Shown here piece after piece: positions 19,546 through 28,707 of a stretch of 64,000 bases of DNA. Made by a program: the position numbers and the translations under genes. The first letter of the stretch is position 1, and every line of letters begins with the position of its first letter. Source of the stretch: Acidobacteriota bacterium (lineage in GTDB: Bacteria > Acidobacteriota > Vicinamibacteria > Vicinamibacterales > 2-12-FULL-66-21); the NCBI GenBank assembly GCA_046734955.1, contig JBKPSH010000021.1:11968-75967 (forward strand), given 5' to 3'. The notes beneath the pieces were generated by a model that saw only the letters and a list, made by a program, of their open reading frames with translations, made no database searches and had not been told where the DNA came from.

Positions 19546-21339
19546 ATGCATCTATCGACGCTCGACTGGCTGATTGTTGCCGCCTCCCTCCTGATTTGCT
19601 TCGGCCCGGCGCTGTTCTTTGCTGACCGGGCCGGACGCAATACATCTGAGTTCTTTGCCTCCGGCCGTGCCGTGCCGTGGTGGCTTGCCGGCCTGTCGAT
19701 GGTTGCGACGACGTTCAGCGCGGACACGCCGAACCTGGTGACCGACATCGTGCGCCGCAATGGCGTTGCCGGGAACTGGGTGTGGTGGGCCTTCGTGTTG
19801 ACCGGTGTGGCGACGGTGTTCTTCTACGCACGACTGTGGCGCCGCTCCGGTGTCCTCACCGATCTTGAATTCTACGAGCTGCGTTACTCAGGCAAGGCGG
19901 CTTCGGCGGTGCGCGGATTCCGCGCGGTCTACCTCGGGTTCTTCTTCAACTGCATGATCATGGCGGCGGTGAATCTTGCGACGTGCAAGATCGCCGGTAT
20001 CCTCTTCGGTCTCGATCGCTGGCAGACACTCCTGCTCGTCGGTGTGCTCAACGTGACCTTTGCCGCATTCTCCGGATTGTGGGGCGTGCTCGTCATCGAC
20101 ATGATCCAGTTCTTCATGAAGATGACGGCCGTGATCGCGGCAGCGTACTTCGCGGTTACATCGACCCAGGTCGGCGGGCTTCACGCACTGGTGACGAAGG
20201 TATCGGCGATACACGGTCCCGGCGGTGTCAACTATTTGAGCTTCCTGCCGGACTTCACCAACAACTGGGATCTCGCCGTCGCAGTGTTCATCATGCCGAT
20301 CGCGGTCCAGTGGTGGGCGGTGTGGTATCCCGGCTCGGAGCCGGGCGGCGGCAGCTACATCGCGCAGCGCATGCTGGCGTCGAAAACGGAGAAGGACGCG
20401 CTCAGCGCCGTTCTCTTCTTCAATGTCGCGCACTACGTCTTCCGGCCCTGGCCGTGGATCCTCGTCGCGCTGTGCTCGCTGATCGTGTATCCCGAACTCT
20501 CGGATATTCAGCGCGCGTTTCCAAGTCTCGAGCCGCGCCTGCTCGGCCACGACATCGCCTATCCGGCCATGCTGACGTTCCTTCCGTCAGGCTTTCTCGG
20601 CCTGATGGTTGGCGGACTGATCGCGGCAAGTTCGTCGACGATCCTCACGCATCTCAACTGGGGTGCATCCTATCTCGTCCACGATTTCTATCGCCGTTTC
20701 GTGAAGACCGATGCCGACGAAGCTCACTACGTGCTCGCCGGTCGCATCGCCACGATTGGCATCTTCGTCGGCGCGGCGGCATCTGTTTATCTGCTCGATA
20801 CCGCCAAGGACGTCTTCGATGTGATTCTGCAGGTGGGCGCCGGCACGGGACTCTTGTATCTCGTGCGCTGGTTCTGGTGGCGCGTGAACGCCTGGTGCGA
20901 GATCATCGCGATGGTGAGTTCGTTCCTCGTCTCGATCAGTCTTCTCGTATTGAAGACGCAAGGTGTTGCGTTCAGCACGCACGTCGCGCTGGTTGTGACC
21001 GTCGCGATTACCACCGTTTGCTGGGTCGCGACGGCATACCTCGGACCTGAAACGGATCGTGACGTGCTGGTCAACTTCTACCGCGCCGTTCATCCGGCCG
21101 GACCTGGCTGGGATCCCATTCGCAAGCTCGCCGGCGCCGTCCCGCAGTCGGTTGCCGATCGCGACAACATCCCGCTGGCGCTACTCGGCTGGGTGGCCGG
21201 GTGCACGGCGATCTGGTCAGCACTCTTCGCGGAAGGCAGCTACCTTTACGGCCGAATGCCGCAAGCCATTCTGCTCACCGTGGTTTTCATCGCATCGAGT
21301 GTTGTGCTCATGTTCGTTGTTAAAAGAACGTGGTCATAA
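19546..21339 (+). CDS. sodium:solute symporter family transporter
   Basis: 597-aa ORF with about 13-14 TM segments and an SSS-like N-terminal region (…FFASGRAVPWWLAGLSMVATTFSADTPNLV…). Confidence 0.85.
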   Translation: MHLSTLDWLIVAASLLICFGPALFFADRAGRNTSEFFASGRAVPWWLAGLSMVATTFSADTPNLVTDIVRRNGVAGNWVWWAFVLTGVATVFFYARLWRRSGVLTDLEFYELRYSGKAASAVRGFRAVYLGFFFNCMIMAAVNLATCKIAGILFGLDRWQTLLLVGVLNVTFAAFSGLWGVLVIDMIQFFMKMTAVIAAAYFAVTSTQVGGLHALVTKVSAIHGPGGVNYLSFLPDFTNNWDLAVAVFIMPIAVQWWAVWYPGSEPGGGSYIAQRMLASKTEKDALSAVLFFNVAHYVFRPWPWILVALCSLIVYPELSDIQRAFPSLEPRLLGHDIAYPAMLTFLPSGFLGLMVGGLIAASSSTILTHLNWGASYLVHDFYRRFVKTDADEAHYVLAGRIATIGIFVGAAASVYLLDTAKDVFDVILQVGAGTGLLYLVRWFWWRVNAWCEIIAMVSSFLVSISLLVLKTQGVAFSTHVALVVTVAITTVCWVATAYLGPETDRDVLVNFYRAVHPAGPGWDPIRKLAGAVPQSVADRDNIPLALLGWVAGCTAIWSALFAEGSYLYGRMPQAILLTVVFIASSVVLMFVVKRTWS

Positions 21340-21405
21340 GATCGGGATCCGTTGTCCGCGATCCGGGATCCGATCGGATCCCGGACCACGCATTACGGGT
21401 CCCGG
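21340..21405. repeat. GGATCC-module repeat element
   Basis: GATCGGGATCCGTTGTCCGCGATCCGGGATCCGATCGGATCCCGGACC... shares about 35 nt with the reverse complement of 41778-41814. It lies between convergent genes. Confidence 0.85.
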
Positions 21406-21409
21406 CATG

Positions 21410-22339
21410 CTAAGGATGCGTGGCTCCGCTCTTCCCGAGTTGATCAATTGCCGCCTTGACGCCGGTGGCCAGCTTCGCAGCCCCGCCGGTGCCGTAGTAG
21501 TGCAGGAAGTACACCGTCGGTGATCCGCCGGTCATGTGATGGTGAATCGCGACCACATTGATGCCGTTGGATCGGAGCGCCTTGAGCACGGGATTGACTT
21601 CGGCGGCCAGCATCGCGACGTCTCCCGCAACCATCGCATCAGCATCTGACCCGGCGAATGCAGCCCACGTGTTCAGGCCCATGCGCGCGTTGATCTTTGC
21701 GCCGTGGTCGACGAGGTTGATGTCCGGGCGTCCGATCGTGATCTTGTAGACCGGCCCTGACTGTTCCCCTTCATGTCCGACGATCTTCGCGAGCGCCGCC
21801 GTGTCCATCGAGGGGACGGCTGGCGACGGTGCGCTCGTCGGCGCAGCCGCCGCTGGCTTGGGAATCAGTGCAAGGGCGGGGGACACGCGCGTGGCGAGGT
21901 CCGCAGCCGTCCCCATACCGTGCACGTGCATATAGAAGATGCGCGGCTGCTCCCAGAAGAAGTGATTGTGGAGCGCCGTCACTTCGAGGCCGTTATCGAG
22001 CAGCGCAGACATGACCGGGTTGACTTCGTCCTCGGTCAGGACGAGATCCCCCATCATCACATCGGTCCCGCCGCTTCCCTTCGTCAGTGCCACCCACCCG
22101 CCGAATCCGAAAGGAGTCGGCGCCGCACGCTGGCCGATGACCACCTTCAAGTCGCCGCGCGGGATGTTCACTTTGAGCACGCCGTCCTTGAAATCGCCGC
22201 TTCGCCCCAGAGCGGTGAGGACGGCCTGGTAATCAGCGGGCGTCTGCGCGAATGTTCGCGTCGATGCGGTGAGGGATGCTGCGACAAGGAATGCGAAAAC
22301 AATCAACCGTTGGAATAACATCGAGGACCTCCCGAACAC
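21410..22339 (-). CDS. DUF1259 (LppY/LpqO-like) secreted protein
   Basis: 309-aa ORF with a GTG start and signal peptide. Two internal repeats each carry the pattern ...ALHNHFF...YMHVHGMG / ...AIHHHMT...FLHYYGTG. Confidence 0.65.
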   Translation of the reverse strand: MFGRSSMLFQRLIVFAFLVAASLTASTRTFAQTPADYQAVLTALGRSGDFKDGVLKVNIPRGDLKVVIGQRAAPTPFGFGGWVALTKGSGGTDVMMGDLVLTEDEVNPVMSALLDNGLEVTALHNHFFWEQPRIFYMHVHGMGTAADLATRVSPALALIPKPAAAAPTSAPSPAVPSMDTAALAKIVGHEGEQSGPVYKITIGRPDINLVDHGAKINARMGLNTWAAFAGSDADAMVAGDVAMLAAEVNPVLKALRSNGINVVAIHHHMTGGSPTVYFLHYYGTGGAAKLATGVKAAIDQLGKSGATHP

Positions 22340-22440
22340 ACGATTCTACGTCCGCGGGCACCGAACCGCCTCAGCCGCTTCACAAACGAACCAAGTAGTC
22401 CTAAGATCTTCGCGCGCAGCGGGATCGCGTGTAGGGCGCG

Positions 22441-22497
22441 GTCTTCCGCCTTCGCGCGGAGCGCTACGGCGGACCGCCGTAGCCTTGGCGGAGGCTG
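22441..22497. repeat. REP-like GC-rich palindrome (same family as 13958-14020)
   Basis: GCTACGGCGG-A-CCGCCGTAGC is a perfect 10-bp palindrome (22463-22483), flanked by CTTCCGCC...GGCGGAGG. Confidence 0.8.
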
Positions 22498-22530
22498 GTT
22501 AGACCCCGCGGTCGCCAGAGGAAAACTCCG

Positions 22531-23040
22531 ATGAATCCAATTCTCTCGGCCGGCATTCTGATCGGGCTTCTGTGCAGCGCGTGGACGTTCATTCTCGGGT
22601 TCACGGGGTTGTACAAAAGTCCCTCGGCAAACGTGGTATTCATCACCGTGGCTATGGCGATCGAAGTCGTGGCGCTGACGTGGGGCCTTCGCCGGACCGC
22701 CGCGGAAGGGCGTGCTTATGGCGGGCAGATTCTCGCCGGCACGATGATGGCAATTGTCGGCGGCGTGATCATCATCTTCTCATCGCTGCTGTTCACGACG
22801 GTGGTTTTCCCAAACTACTTCGTGGAGGTCGAACAGGCCTACCGAAATGCCCTGCAAAGCCAGGGGAAGACCGATGCGGAAATCGCTGCGGCGATTCAAG
22901 CCAGCGCTGCAAGCGCCACACCGATGGCTCAGGCGATGAGCGGATTCATCGGTACGTTCGTGACCGGCATCGTCGCCTCGGCAATCATCGGCATTTTCGT
23001 GCATCGCCGCGGCGGCGCCGTCGGTTTGCCAGCGACATAG
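22531..23040 (+). CDS. small membrane protein, DUF4199-like
   Basis: 169-aa ORF with 4 TM helices and an N-terminus MNPILSAGILIGLLCSAWTFILGFTG typical of DUF4199. The call is tentative. Confidence 0.55.
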   Translation: MNPILSAGILIGLLCSAWTFILGFTGLYKSPSANVVFITVAMAIEVVALTWGLRRTAAEGRAYGGQILAGTMMAIVGGVIIIFSSLLFTTVVFPNYFVEVEQAYRNALQSQGKTDAEIAAAIQASAASATPMAQAMSGFIGTFVTGIVASAIIGIFVHRRGGAVGLPAT

Positions 23041-23087
23041 CCGTGATCGACTGTTACAATCAGTTTCACTCGTGAAGTGTATTCCTT

Positions 23088-23141
23088 CCGTGTTTTTCCG
23101 TGTTCATCCGTGGTCCGTGTTTTTCGTGTTTATCGGTGGTC
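23088..23141. repeat. CCGTGTT-module tandem repeat
   Basis: CCGTGTTTTTCCGTGTTCATCCGTGGTCCGTGTTTTTCGTGTTTATCGGTGG lies directly upstream of the mltB start, in a single orientation. Confidence 0.8.
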
Positions 23142-23142
23142 G

Positions 23143-24162
23143 ATGAGGCGTGTCGCCGGGGTGATGCTCGCAGTCGTCCTGAGCGCCGGTGCGATGGTTG
23201 TTACTGCACAGGACCCTGCTCCCATCGCCGCTGTTCCGCCGCTTCCACCTCCGTTCAGCGAGTGGCTGACCGCGTTCCGCGCCGAAGCTGAGGAACGAGG
23301 CATTCGTTCGGAGATTCTCGATCAAGCGTTCGAGGGTGTTGAACCGGTCGAACAGATTCTCGAACGCGATCGATCGCAGGCCGAGTTCACATTAAATCTC
23401 GAGTCGTACCTCAAACGGCGCTTGACGCCTTCCTTCATTCGAACGGCACAGAAGATGTACGCCGATCGTCGATCGCTGCTGACGAAGATTGGCGAGAAGT
23501 ACGGCGTCAGCCCGCGCGTGGTGGTGGCCGTGTGGGGTCTCGAATCGAATTTTGGACGCTTTGCGGGAGTCCGCCCGACCATTCCGACACTCGCGACGCT
23601 TGCATATGACCAACGACGCAGCGCCATGTTTCGCAACGAGCTGTTCAATGCGCTCGAAATCCTCAACCGCGGCGACATCGAACTCGATCACCTGAAAGGT
23701 TCGTGGGCCGGCGCGTTAGGGCAGCCGCAGTTCATGCCTTCGAGTTACCTGCAATATGCCGAGGACTTCGATGGCGATGGCCGCCGCGACATCTGGACGT
23801 CCGAACCCGATGTGTTTGCGTCAGTAGCGAACTACTTGAAGCAGCACGGATGGACGAAAGGGGAGAGCTGGGGGCGCGAGGTCAAGCTCAGTGGAAAGGC
23901 AGCGGAATCGATGGCCCTGAGGGAAACGGGATGTCGCGCCGAGCGCGCGATGACCCATCCACAGCCGCTCAAGGAGTGGCGCAAAATGGGTGTCAAGACG
24001 ATGAGCGGCGGCCCCCTGCCCGCGGGCACTCGAGAAGCATCGTTGATGCGTGCCGGCAAACGGAGTTTTCTGTTTTACTCCAACTACGACGCAATTCTCG
24101 CTTACAACTGCGCGCACACCTACGCGTTGAGCGTCGCGCTCCTGTCAGACCGTCTCCACTAA
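23143..24162 (+). CDS. mltB: lytic murein transglycosylase (MltB family)
   Basis: ORF 23077..24162. The start is placed at Met 23143 (MRRVAGVMLAVVLSAGA..., a signal peptide), because upstream codons translate a repeat array. Motifs are WGLESNFG and GALGQPQFMPSSY. Confidence 0.85.
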   Translation: MRRVAGVMLAVVLSAGAMVVTAQDPAPIAAVPPLPPPFSEWLTAFRAEAEERGIRSEILDQAFEGVEPVEQILERDRSQAEFTLNLESYLKRRLTPSFIRTAQKMYADRRSLLTKIGEKYGVSPRVVVAVWGLESNFGRFAGVRPTIPTLATLAYDQRRSAMFRNELFNALEILNRGDIELDHLKGSWAGALGQPQFMPSSYLQYAEDFDGDGRRDIWTSEPDVFASVANYLKQHGWTKGESWGREVKLSGKAAESMALRETGCRAERAMTHPQPLKEWRKMGVKTMSGGPLPAGTREASLMRAGKRSFLFYSNYDAILAYNCAHTYALSVALLSDRLH

Positions 24163-24205
24163 AGCTCATCCATGACGCGATCGTATACTGTCGGTCGCTG
24201 TCGAG

Positions 24206-26134
24206 ATGCGCAACTGGGCTTCGCTGATCCTTCTTTTCTTTCTTGCGCTGTCTTCCCCCTCCCCGCTGTCGGCGCAGCCAATTCAGACAGCATCCAATGC
24301 TTGGCAGGATCTCAAGCGACTCAGCATCGAGGAACTCGCGCAGATCGATGTAACCTCTGTCTCTCGACGCTCTGAGAAACTCGCGGAAACGGCCGCCGCC
24401 GTCAGCGTCATCAATCGAGACCAGATCCTTCGCAGCGGCCTGACGACGTTGCCGGAAGTTCTGCGACTGGCCGATGCGATCGACGTCGCGCGCGTGAACT
24501 CGAGCACGTGGGCGACGAGCCTGCGCGGCTTCACCACCAATCCCGCCAATAAGCTGCTGGTCCTGATGGATGGCCGCAGTGTGTATTCGCTGTTGACATC
24601 GGGCACGTTCTGGGATGCCGAGGACACGGTGCTCAACGATGTCGATCGCATTGAAGTGATCCGCGGACCGGGTGGCGCGGTGTGGGGACCAAACGCCGTG
24701 AACGGCGTCGTCAACGTCATCACGAAGAGCGCGGCATCGACGATCGGCGACTACGTATCAGTGGCGGCCGGATCCGATGAGCACGTCTACGCAGTGGGCC
24801 GGCATGGCGGCAGCATGGGTCGTGGTGCCTATCGAATATTTGGCAAGTATCGACAGCACGGCGCACAGGTGCTTACGGATACGGGCGCCAACGCCGGCGA
24901 TCCCGTCCAACTAGGCCAGGCCGGCTTCCGCATGGATTCCTCGCCGGCCGGTGCGACGAGCTGGGTTCTCGAAGGGGAGGCGTATCGCGGTACCGACGGC
25001 TTCTCCGATCGTCCCGATGGTGACCTTGCTGGTGGCAACATGGTCGGCCGCTGGAATCGTATGTTCTCGGATTCGAGCGCATTCCAGGCACAGTTCTATT
25101 ACGACGGCACGTATCGCAACGTCCCGCGTCAGTTTACCGAGCATCGCCACACGTTCGATTTCGACGCGCAGCAACAGATCAAAACCGGCCGCCATGACCT
25201 CGTCTTCGGCGGAGAAATGCGCTTCTCTCGCGGCAAAGATGTCGGAGTTGCAGGTTTCATCTTCGACCCCGAGGTTCGTACCAACTCGCTATTGAGCGCG
25301 AGCGTGCAGGACCAGATCGCGCTCGCTGGGAACACGGTGTTTGTGACGGTTGGATCGCGATTCGATCGCAATGACTACACCGGAATCGAGGTGCAGCCGA
25401 CTGTTCGCGCCCGATGGTCGCTTGACGCGCGGCAGACGCTGTGGGGCGCAGTGTCACGAGCGGTTCGATTGCCAACACGGCTCGATACCGATTTGCGCCT
25501 CATCGATCCCGCGACGTCTCGTATCACATTGACGGGGTCGGAAGGCTTCGAGTCCGAGGAAGTCGTCGCGTATGAGGCCGGGTATCGGATCCGACCGATG
25601 CCGCTGCTGTCGATCGACGTCGCGACATTCGTGAATCGGTACGATCGCCTGCGTAGCACGGAGTTAACGTCTACGCCGCAACCGCTCATCGTGCTGGCCA
25701 ATCTGCTGAACGCCAGCACGAGCGGAATCGAGTTGGCGGGAACGGTGCAAGCGCTTCCTCCGTGGCGTATCCATGGGTCATATTCGTACCTGCACAAAAA
25801 TCTCTCGTTTGACCCCGGCAGCCGCGACGTGTACCGCGGCACGGTTGAAGGGAACGATCCCGCCTACTTGCTGTCACTGCAATCCTGGCTCGACCTTCCC
25901 GGGCACACCGCAGTCGATGCGTTGTTCAGGCGTGTAGGCACTCGCCCGGATCCTGTAGTGCCGGCGTACAGCGAACTGGATCTTCGTCTCGGCTGGATGC
26001 CGAAACCGCAATGGGACGTCTCCGTTGTCGGGCAGAACCTGCTGCACGCGCATCATTCCGAGCTGCTCCCGCCCAATGCTCCGCACTATGACTTTCGCCG
26101 CGGGGTATTCGTGCGCTCACGATGGTATTTCTGA
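24206..26134 (+). CDS. TonB-dependent receptor
   Basis: 642-aa ORF with a signal peptide, a plug region (…LSIEELAQIDVTSVSRRSEKLAETAAAVSVINRDQI…) and a C-terminal aromatic residue (…RSRWYF). Confidence 0.88.
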   Translation: MRNWASLILLFFLALSSPSPLSAQPIQTASNAWQDLKRLSIEELAQIDVTSVSRRSEKLAETAAAVSVINRDQILRSGLTTLPEVLRLADAIDVARVNSSTWATSLRGFTTNPANKLLVLMDGRSVYSLLTSGTFWDAEDTVLNDVDRIEVIRGPGGAVWGPNAVNGVVNVITKSAASTIGDYVSVAAGSDEHVYAVGRHGGSMGRGAYRIFGKYRQHGAQVLTDTGANAGDPVQLGQAGFRMDSSPAGATSWVLEGEAYRGTDGFSDRPDGDLAGGNMVGRWNRMFSDSSAFQAQFYYDGTYRNVPRQFTEHRHTFDFDAQQQIKTGRHDLVFGGEMRFSRGKDVGVAGFIFDPEVRTNSLLSASVQDQIALAGNTVFVTVGSRFDRNDYTGIEVQPTVRARWSLDARQTLWGAVSRAVRLPTRLDTDLRLIDPATSRITLTGSEGFESEEVVAYEAGYRIRPMPLLSIDVATFVNRYDRLRSTELTSTPQPLIVLANLLNASTSGIELAGTVQALPPWRIHGSYSYLHKNLSFDPGSRDVYRGTVEGNDPAYLLSLQSWLDLPGHTAVDALFRRVGTRPDPVVPAYSELDLRLGWMPKPQWDVSVVGQNLLHAHHSELLPPNAPHYDFRRGVFVRSRWYF

Positions 26135-26676
26135 GATCATTCCGGTTGTGCACATTCGTCGCGGCAATCGTCGCCGCGCCGTACGTGACGCGTGCACAGT
26201 CGCCGCAGCCATCGCTCGAAAACGATGTGAGGGCAGCCTTCCTTTACAACTTCACGAAGTTCGTGGAATGGCCTCCGCCGTTGCAAGCGGACGAACCGTT
26301 TCGAGTGTGCGCGCTGGCGGACACGGCCTTTATCGCGGCCCTCGACCGTACGATCGCCGGCGAATCAGTCGGTGGGCGCCCGCTCGTGCGTGCCGAGGCA
26401 CGATCGAGCGACGAAGCCCGACGCTGTGCGATTCTCTACGTGGGAAATGGATACAAAGAGCAGGCGTCGCCGGTGCTCGCGGCGGTCCGCGACCTGCCTG
26501 TGCTAACCGTGGGTGAAGGTCCGACGTTCGTCAAACAAGGCGGCGCGATTGGTTTTCTCCTCGAGAATAACCGCGTCCGGTTCGATATCAGCCAACGGGC
26601 GCTTCAGCGCTCCGGATTAAAAGCCAGTTCCAAGCTCTTACGTGTGGCCCGCAACGTCGAAGGCGGTGCCGCGTGA
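26122..26676 (+). CDS. YfiR family (DUF4154) periplasmic protein
   Basis: 184-aa ORF with a signal peptide and the signature AAFLYNFTKFVEWP. It overlaps the receptor gene by 13 nt. Confidence 0.8.
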   Translation: MVFLRSFRLCTFVAAIVAAPYVTRAQSPQPSLENDVRAAFLYNFTKFVEWPPPLQADEPFRVCALADTAFIAALDRTIAGESVGGRPLVRAEARSSDEARRCAILYVGNGYKEQASPVLAAVRDLPVLTVGEGPTFVKQGGAIGFLLENNRVRFDISQRALQRSGLKASSKLLRVARNVEGGAA

Positions 26677-28631
26677 GAGCCTTCGTCGCTCGGCTGCCGA
26701 TCAAGCAGAAGCTCGTCTTCATGATCATGTCGACGACCATCCCGGTGCTGGTGCTGAGCAGTGTCGGCTATATCAGTCTTGATTACTACAACACCCGAGA
26801 GGCGGTGCACCGTGATCTCGCCGCGCAGGCGGACCTCGTGCTCAAGAGCAGCACGGCGGCGCTGCAATTTCTCGACCCTTCCACAGCGCAGGAGATTCTG
26901 CGCACGTTTACGTCGAACGAGCACGTTCGCCACGCATGCCTCTATGACGCCGCCGGGCGCATTTTTGCAGAATACCTCCCGTCGCCGGCCGGAGCCGAAT
27001 GCCCGACGCCACCTGGCGACGACCGGTACCAGTTTTCCTCGGACGCACTGGTTATCGCCACCTCGCTTGCCGACGAGAGAGGCCGGCGCGCCGGCTCCTT
27101 GTATGTGCTCAGTGATCTTGATGTCCTCAAGACACGCCTCAACGCGCAGCTTGCGATTGTGGCCATCGTCCTGGTGTTGACCACCGCGGTCGCGTTGCTG
27201 ATCGCGTCGCGTGTGCATGCGATCGTGTCGAATCCGATCACCGATCTCGCCGGCACTGCTACAGCGGTGTCGTCCGGCGGGGATTATTCGCTTCGCGCCT
27301 CGCGCGCGACCGACGATGAGCTGGGCGTCCTGGTCGACGCATTCAATCGGATGCTCGAGCGGATTCAGCTTCGCGAGCGCGAGCTTTCGACCGCCAATCA
27401 GGATCTGCGCAACGAAATCACCGAGCGCCGCCGGGCCGAGCTCGAACGCGCCGATCTGCTCATTCGGGAGCGTGAAGCCAATCGCGTCAAAGACGAGTTC
27501 CTGGCGACGCTGTCCCACGAACTTCGAACGCCGTTGAACGCAATCCTCGGATGGACGCGGCTGCTGCGCAGCCAGGCGGTCAAACCCGCGGATGTCGATC
27601 GCGCGCTGGAGAAAGTCGAACGCAATGCGCAGGCCCAGACCAGGTTGGTCGAGGACCTCCTCGAGGTTTCGCGGATCACGACCGGGAAGCTTCGCCTGGA
27701 GGTGAAGCCGCTGGATCTCGCCGCACTCGCGACCACGGCGGTCGAGTCGATTCGGCCGATGGCGGAAGCGCGAGGTGTACGGATCGATCGCCGGTTCGCC
27801 TCCGTGTTTCTGCCCACCGCTGGTGATCCCGATCGCCTGCAACAGGTCATCTGGAATCTTGTTTCAAATGCGGTGAAGTTCACCCCTGCGGGAGGGATCG
27901 TTGTCGTCAGCCTCAATCGTCATGACCAGATCGACGAGTTGATCGTGTCGGACACAGGCGTCGGCATCGAGCCCGCGTTTCTTCCCAATGTCTTCGACAC
28001 GTTCCGGCAAGCGGACGGCACCAGCACGCGCACGCACGGAGGGCTCGGGCTCGGCTTATCGATCGTGAAGCACATCGTCGAATTACATGGAGGCGAAGTG
28101 CGAGCCGAGAGCGACGGCATGAATAAGGGAGCGCGGTTTACCGTACGGCTCCCGGTCCGCAGCGCCGAACGCGTGCGCGAGACTCGGCCCAGTGCTTCTC
28201 AGGCAACGCCGCGATCGCTGGCCGGACTACTCGCCGGCACCACCATCGTCGTTGTCGACGACGATCGCGACACCCGGGAACTCCTGGAGTCGGTGCTCTC
28301 GTCCGCCGGCGCGAAGGTCCATCTCGCCGAGACGGCCGACGAAGGGTTCAGACTGTGTCTGGAAGAATCGCCGGACGCACTCATCACCGATATCGCGATG
28401 CCGGGCAGGGACGGGTACAGCTTGATGCGGCAGCTTCAGAAGGCTCTCGGAAAAGATATGCCCCGCGCGACGATCGCGCTGACGGCATTTGCCGGCGCAC
28501 GCGATCGGCACTTGACGGCGGAAGCCGGGTTCGATCGCCATGTGTCGAAGCCGTTCGACGGACCAACCCTCGTGATGATGCTTCGGGATTTGTTGTCTGT
28601 GGACGATGCTCGGATCGTTGATCGGCCTTGA
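26673..28631 (+). CDS. hybrid sensor histidine kinase / response regulator
   Basis: 652-aa ORF with a GTGA overlap with yfiR. It has a periplasmic sensor plus HAMP, an H-box SHELRTPLNAILGW, G-boxes DTGVGI and GGLGLGLSIVK, and a C-terminal receiver (VVDDDRDTRELL...DIAMPGRDG...KP). Confidence 0.92.
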   Translation: MRAFVARLPIKQKLVFMIMSTTIPVLVLSSVGYISLDYYNTREAVHRDLAAQADLVLKSSTAALQFLDPSTAQEILRTFTSNEHVRHACLYDAAGRIFAEYLPSPAGAECPTPPGDDRYQFSSDALVIATSLADERGRRAGSLYVLSDLDVLKTRLNAQLAIVAIVLVLTTAVALLIASRVHAIVSNPITDLAGTATAVSSGGDYSLRASRATDDELGVLVDAFNRMLERIQLRERELSTANQDLRNEITERRRAELERADLLIREREANRVKDEFLATLSHELRTPLNAILGWTRLLRSQAVKPADVDRALEKVERNAQAQTRLVEDLLEVSRITTGKLRLEVKPLDLAALATTAVESIRPMAEARGVRIDRRFASVFLPTAGDPDRLQQVIWNLVSNAVKFTPAGGIVVVSLNRHDQIDELIVSDTGVGIEPAFLPNVFDTFRQADGTSTRTHGGLGLGLSIVKHIVELHGGEVRAESDGMNKGARFTVRLPVRSAERVRETRPSASQATPRSLAGLLAGTTIVVVDDDRDTRELLESVLSSAGAKVHLAETADEGFRLCLEESPDALITDIAMPGRDGYSLMRQLQKALGKDMPRATIALTAFAGARDRHLTAEAGFDRHVSKPFDGPTLVMMLRDLLSVDDARIVDRP

Positions 28632-28646
28632 ATTTTACGTTGTCTG

Positions 28647-28707
28647 CTTTTCTTTTCCCTTTTCCCTTTTCCCTTTTCCCTTTTACCTTTTACTTTTCCC
28701 TTTCCCC
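28647..28707. repeat. CCCTTTT heptamer tandem array
   Basis: About 8 units of TTTTCCC / TTTTACC lie between the convergent kinase genes, in a single orientation. The array overlaps the last 7 codons of the Ser/Thr kinase. Confidence 0.9.
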
